This document shows positions 62,825-64,000 of a DNA stretch of 64,000 bases, one piece after another. How positions within the stretch are numbered: the first letter of the stretch is position 1; each line of letters starts with the position of its first letter. Origin of the DNA: Pelomyxa schiedti (Eukaryota > Protista > Evosea); the NCBI GenBank assembly GCA_020536535.1, contig JAHLWZ010000811.1, positions 58,389 to 122,388 of the forward strand, in the 5' to 3' direction. Below the pieces are notes generated by a model, which searched no databases, was not told the DNA's origin, and saw nothing but the letters and a program-made list of their open reading frames with translations. A program made the position numbers and the translations under genes.

Positions 62825-62962
62825 CGGCGGTGCGCTGTCGTGGTTTTTTTTTTCCGTTTGGTTCCAAAACGAAAAATCTAGGAAGACAAGAATCAACACC
62901 GCACTTTTTAGGAAAGACAGTTCTGGATGTTTCTGATGATTTTTTCGTTCATAGCATTATTT

Positions 62963-64000
62963 TCATAGCATTATTTCTTGTAGAGCAGAAAGTAGGTCTT
63001 GTGAAGCAGGACCAGACCACTGCATATTTAATACGCCATAGCTTTCTTCAGCATCATAGGTACGTCCAGTCCCGCTGCTCTGGGTTCCATCTATAGCCCA
63101 ATATCCCCAGTTGAGTGTGTTCTCAGTAATGTACTGCCGGATCATCTGGAACCTGGAAATGGAGTTGAATCAACCACCGCGGATGATGGGATGCATACCA
63201 GCGGCCCTGCCCTGTTGTGTCATCAACGCAGTCAGAGCTCGAGTGGCAAGTCCCAAACTCGCCAAGCCAAATAGGGGCAGTATAGGATTCGTTACTTTTC
63301 ATAATAACTAGTGGAAAATAGGTTGAATGATGAAGAATTCCTGTGCGAGATACTCACAGCCCCATGCTTCATCCAATTCCGAAGAGAAAATCGAGTAGGA
63401 ATTTGTAACGTGGTCCCTTTTCAGTGTTACCAGGGAGGAATCGAAGTTGCAGTTAGATACCAAGAATAGTCATGCGCAGAGTATATGAGCCTGCCTGGTA
63501 CACTTAATGTTAGAGGAGAGGTTGCCACTTTGGTCAGGTCTAGAGCATAATTCAGCCCCTCCACGAATATCAAAAGAGATGGATTGACATTAAGAACGGT
63601 ATTCGCCCCAGCGGTTGCAGCACGAGCCCAATCGTTTGTTGCTCCTGTGCCCCAAGCTGGTACTGTAACCTTCCCACCAATTGTGCTGCTCCGGAGTTCG
63701 TTTCGCAAATCAACACCAATCTATTGATGTGAGAAAGGGTGTCTCTTTCTTGTTGATAGGAACAAATACCACATAGGGTTGGGACTTGTACCGCAGTACC
63801 AAGGAAGACCAGTCAGAGAGCCATTTCTGCTCTGAGTATCGGTCATTGTACCACAAGCCATTCTGATCGGAATCGGAGCAGCACCAGTCACTATCACTCA
63901 TGTGATTGTCAAGTATAATCATCAGTCCTTGTGCTTTGATTCATTATTGAAGGAATTCATATTTGAGTTTTCAAGGTGTCACGGTTCATCATACAAGCAA
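62963..64000 (-). CDS. Glycoside hydrolase family 5 (cellulase-like), 3' part
   Basis: MIILDNH..WCCS..NGLW, acid/base motif DLRNELR, LIYSAHDY, nucleophile motif WLGEFG and WGYWAIDG. The 5' end lies outside the window. Confidence 0.92.

Overview
Gene-dense, intron-rich eukaryotic DNA: about 22 protein-coding genes in 64 kb, introns mostly 40-100 nt, intergenic gaps often under 200 bp. It is most consistent with an amoebozoan protist, possibly an anaerobic archamoeba; this is an inference from gene content. Exon structures were assembled by eye from the ORF track and GT/AG sites, so internal boundaries are approximate. In order, the genes are: 5' end of ribosomal protein P2; BC-box-like LRR protein; Q-rich hypothetical protein; orphan P/S-rich ORF; bacterial-like URO-D/methyltransferase family gene carrying 5 introns; F-box/LRR protein; RasGEF; secreted Amidase_6 (NlpC/P60-type) enzyme; Phg2/GDT-like TKL kinase; sestrin; rhodanese-DUSP phosphatase; SF3A1; PH-RhoGAP; TFIIE-beta; a Crinkler-like NTPase plus restriction-endonuclease-fold gene; a large CLU-TPR-LRR-E2 fusion gene; a six-repeat type I membrane protein; PH-PH-patatin; VIT-vWA; ankyrin-RBR E3 ligase; tail-anchored metallophosphoesterase; 3' part of a GH5 glycoside hydrolase. 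The two most striking items are the CLU-LRR-E2 fusion, whose catalytic Cys lies on a skippable 21-nt micro-exon, and the Crinkler-like toxin/transposase-related gene lying between two divergent genes. No rRNA, tRNA or CRISPR array was recognised.
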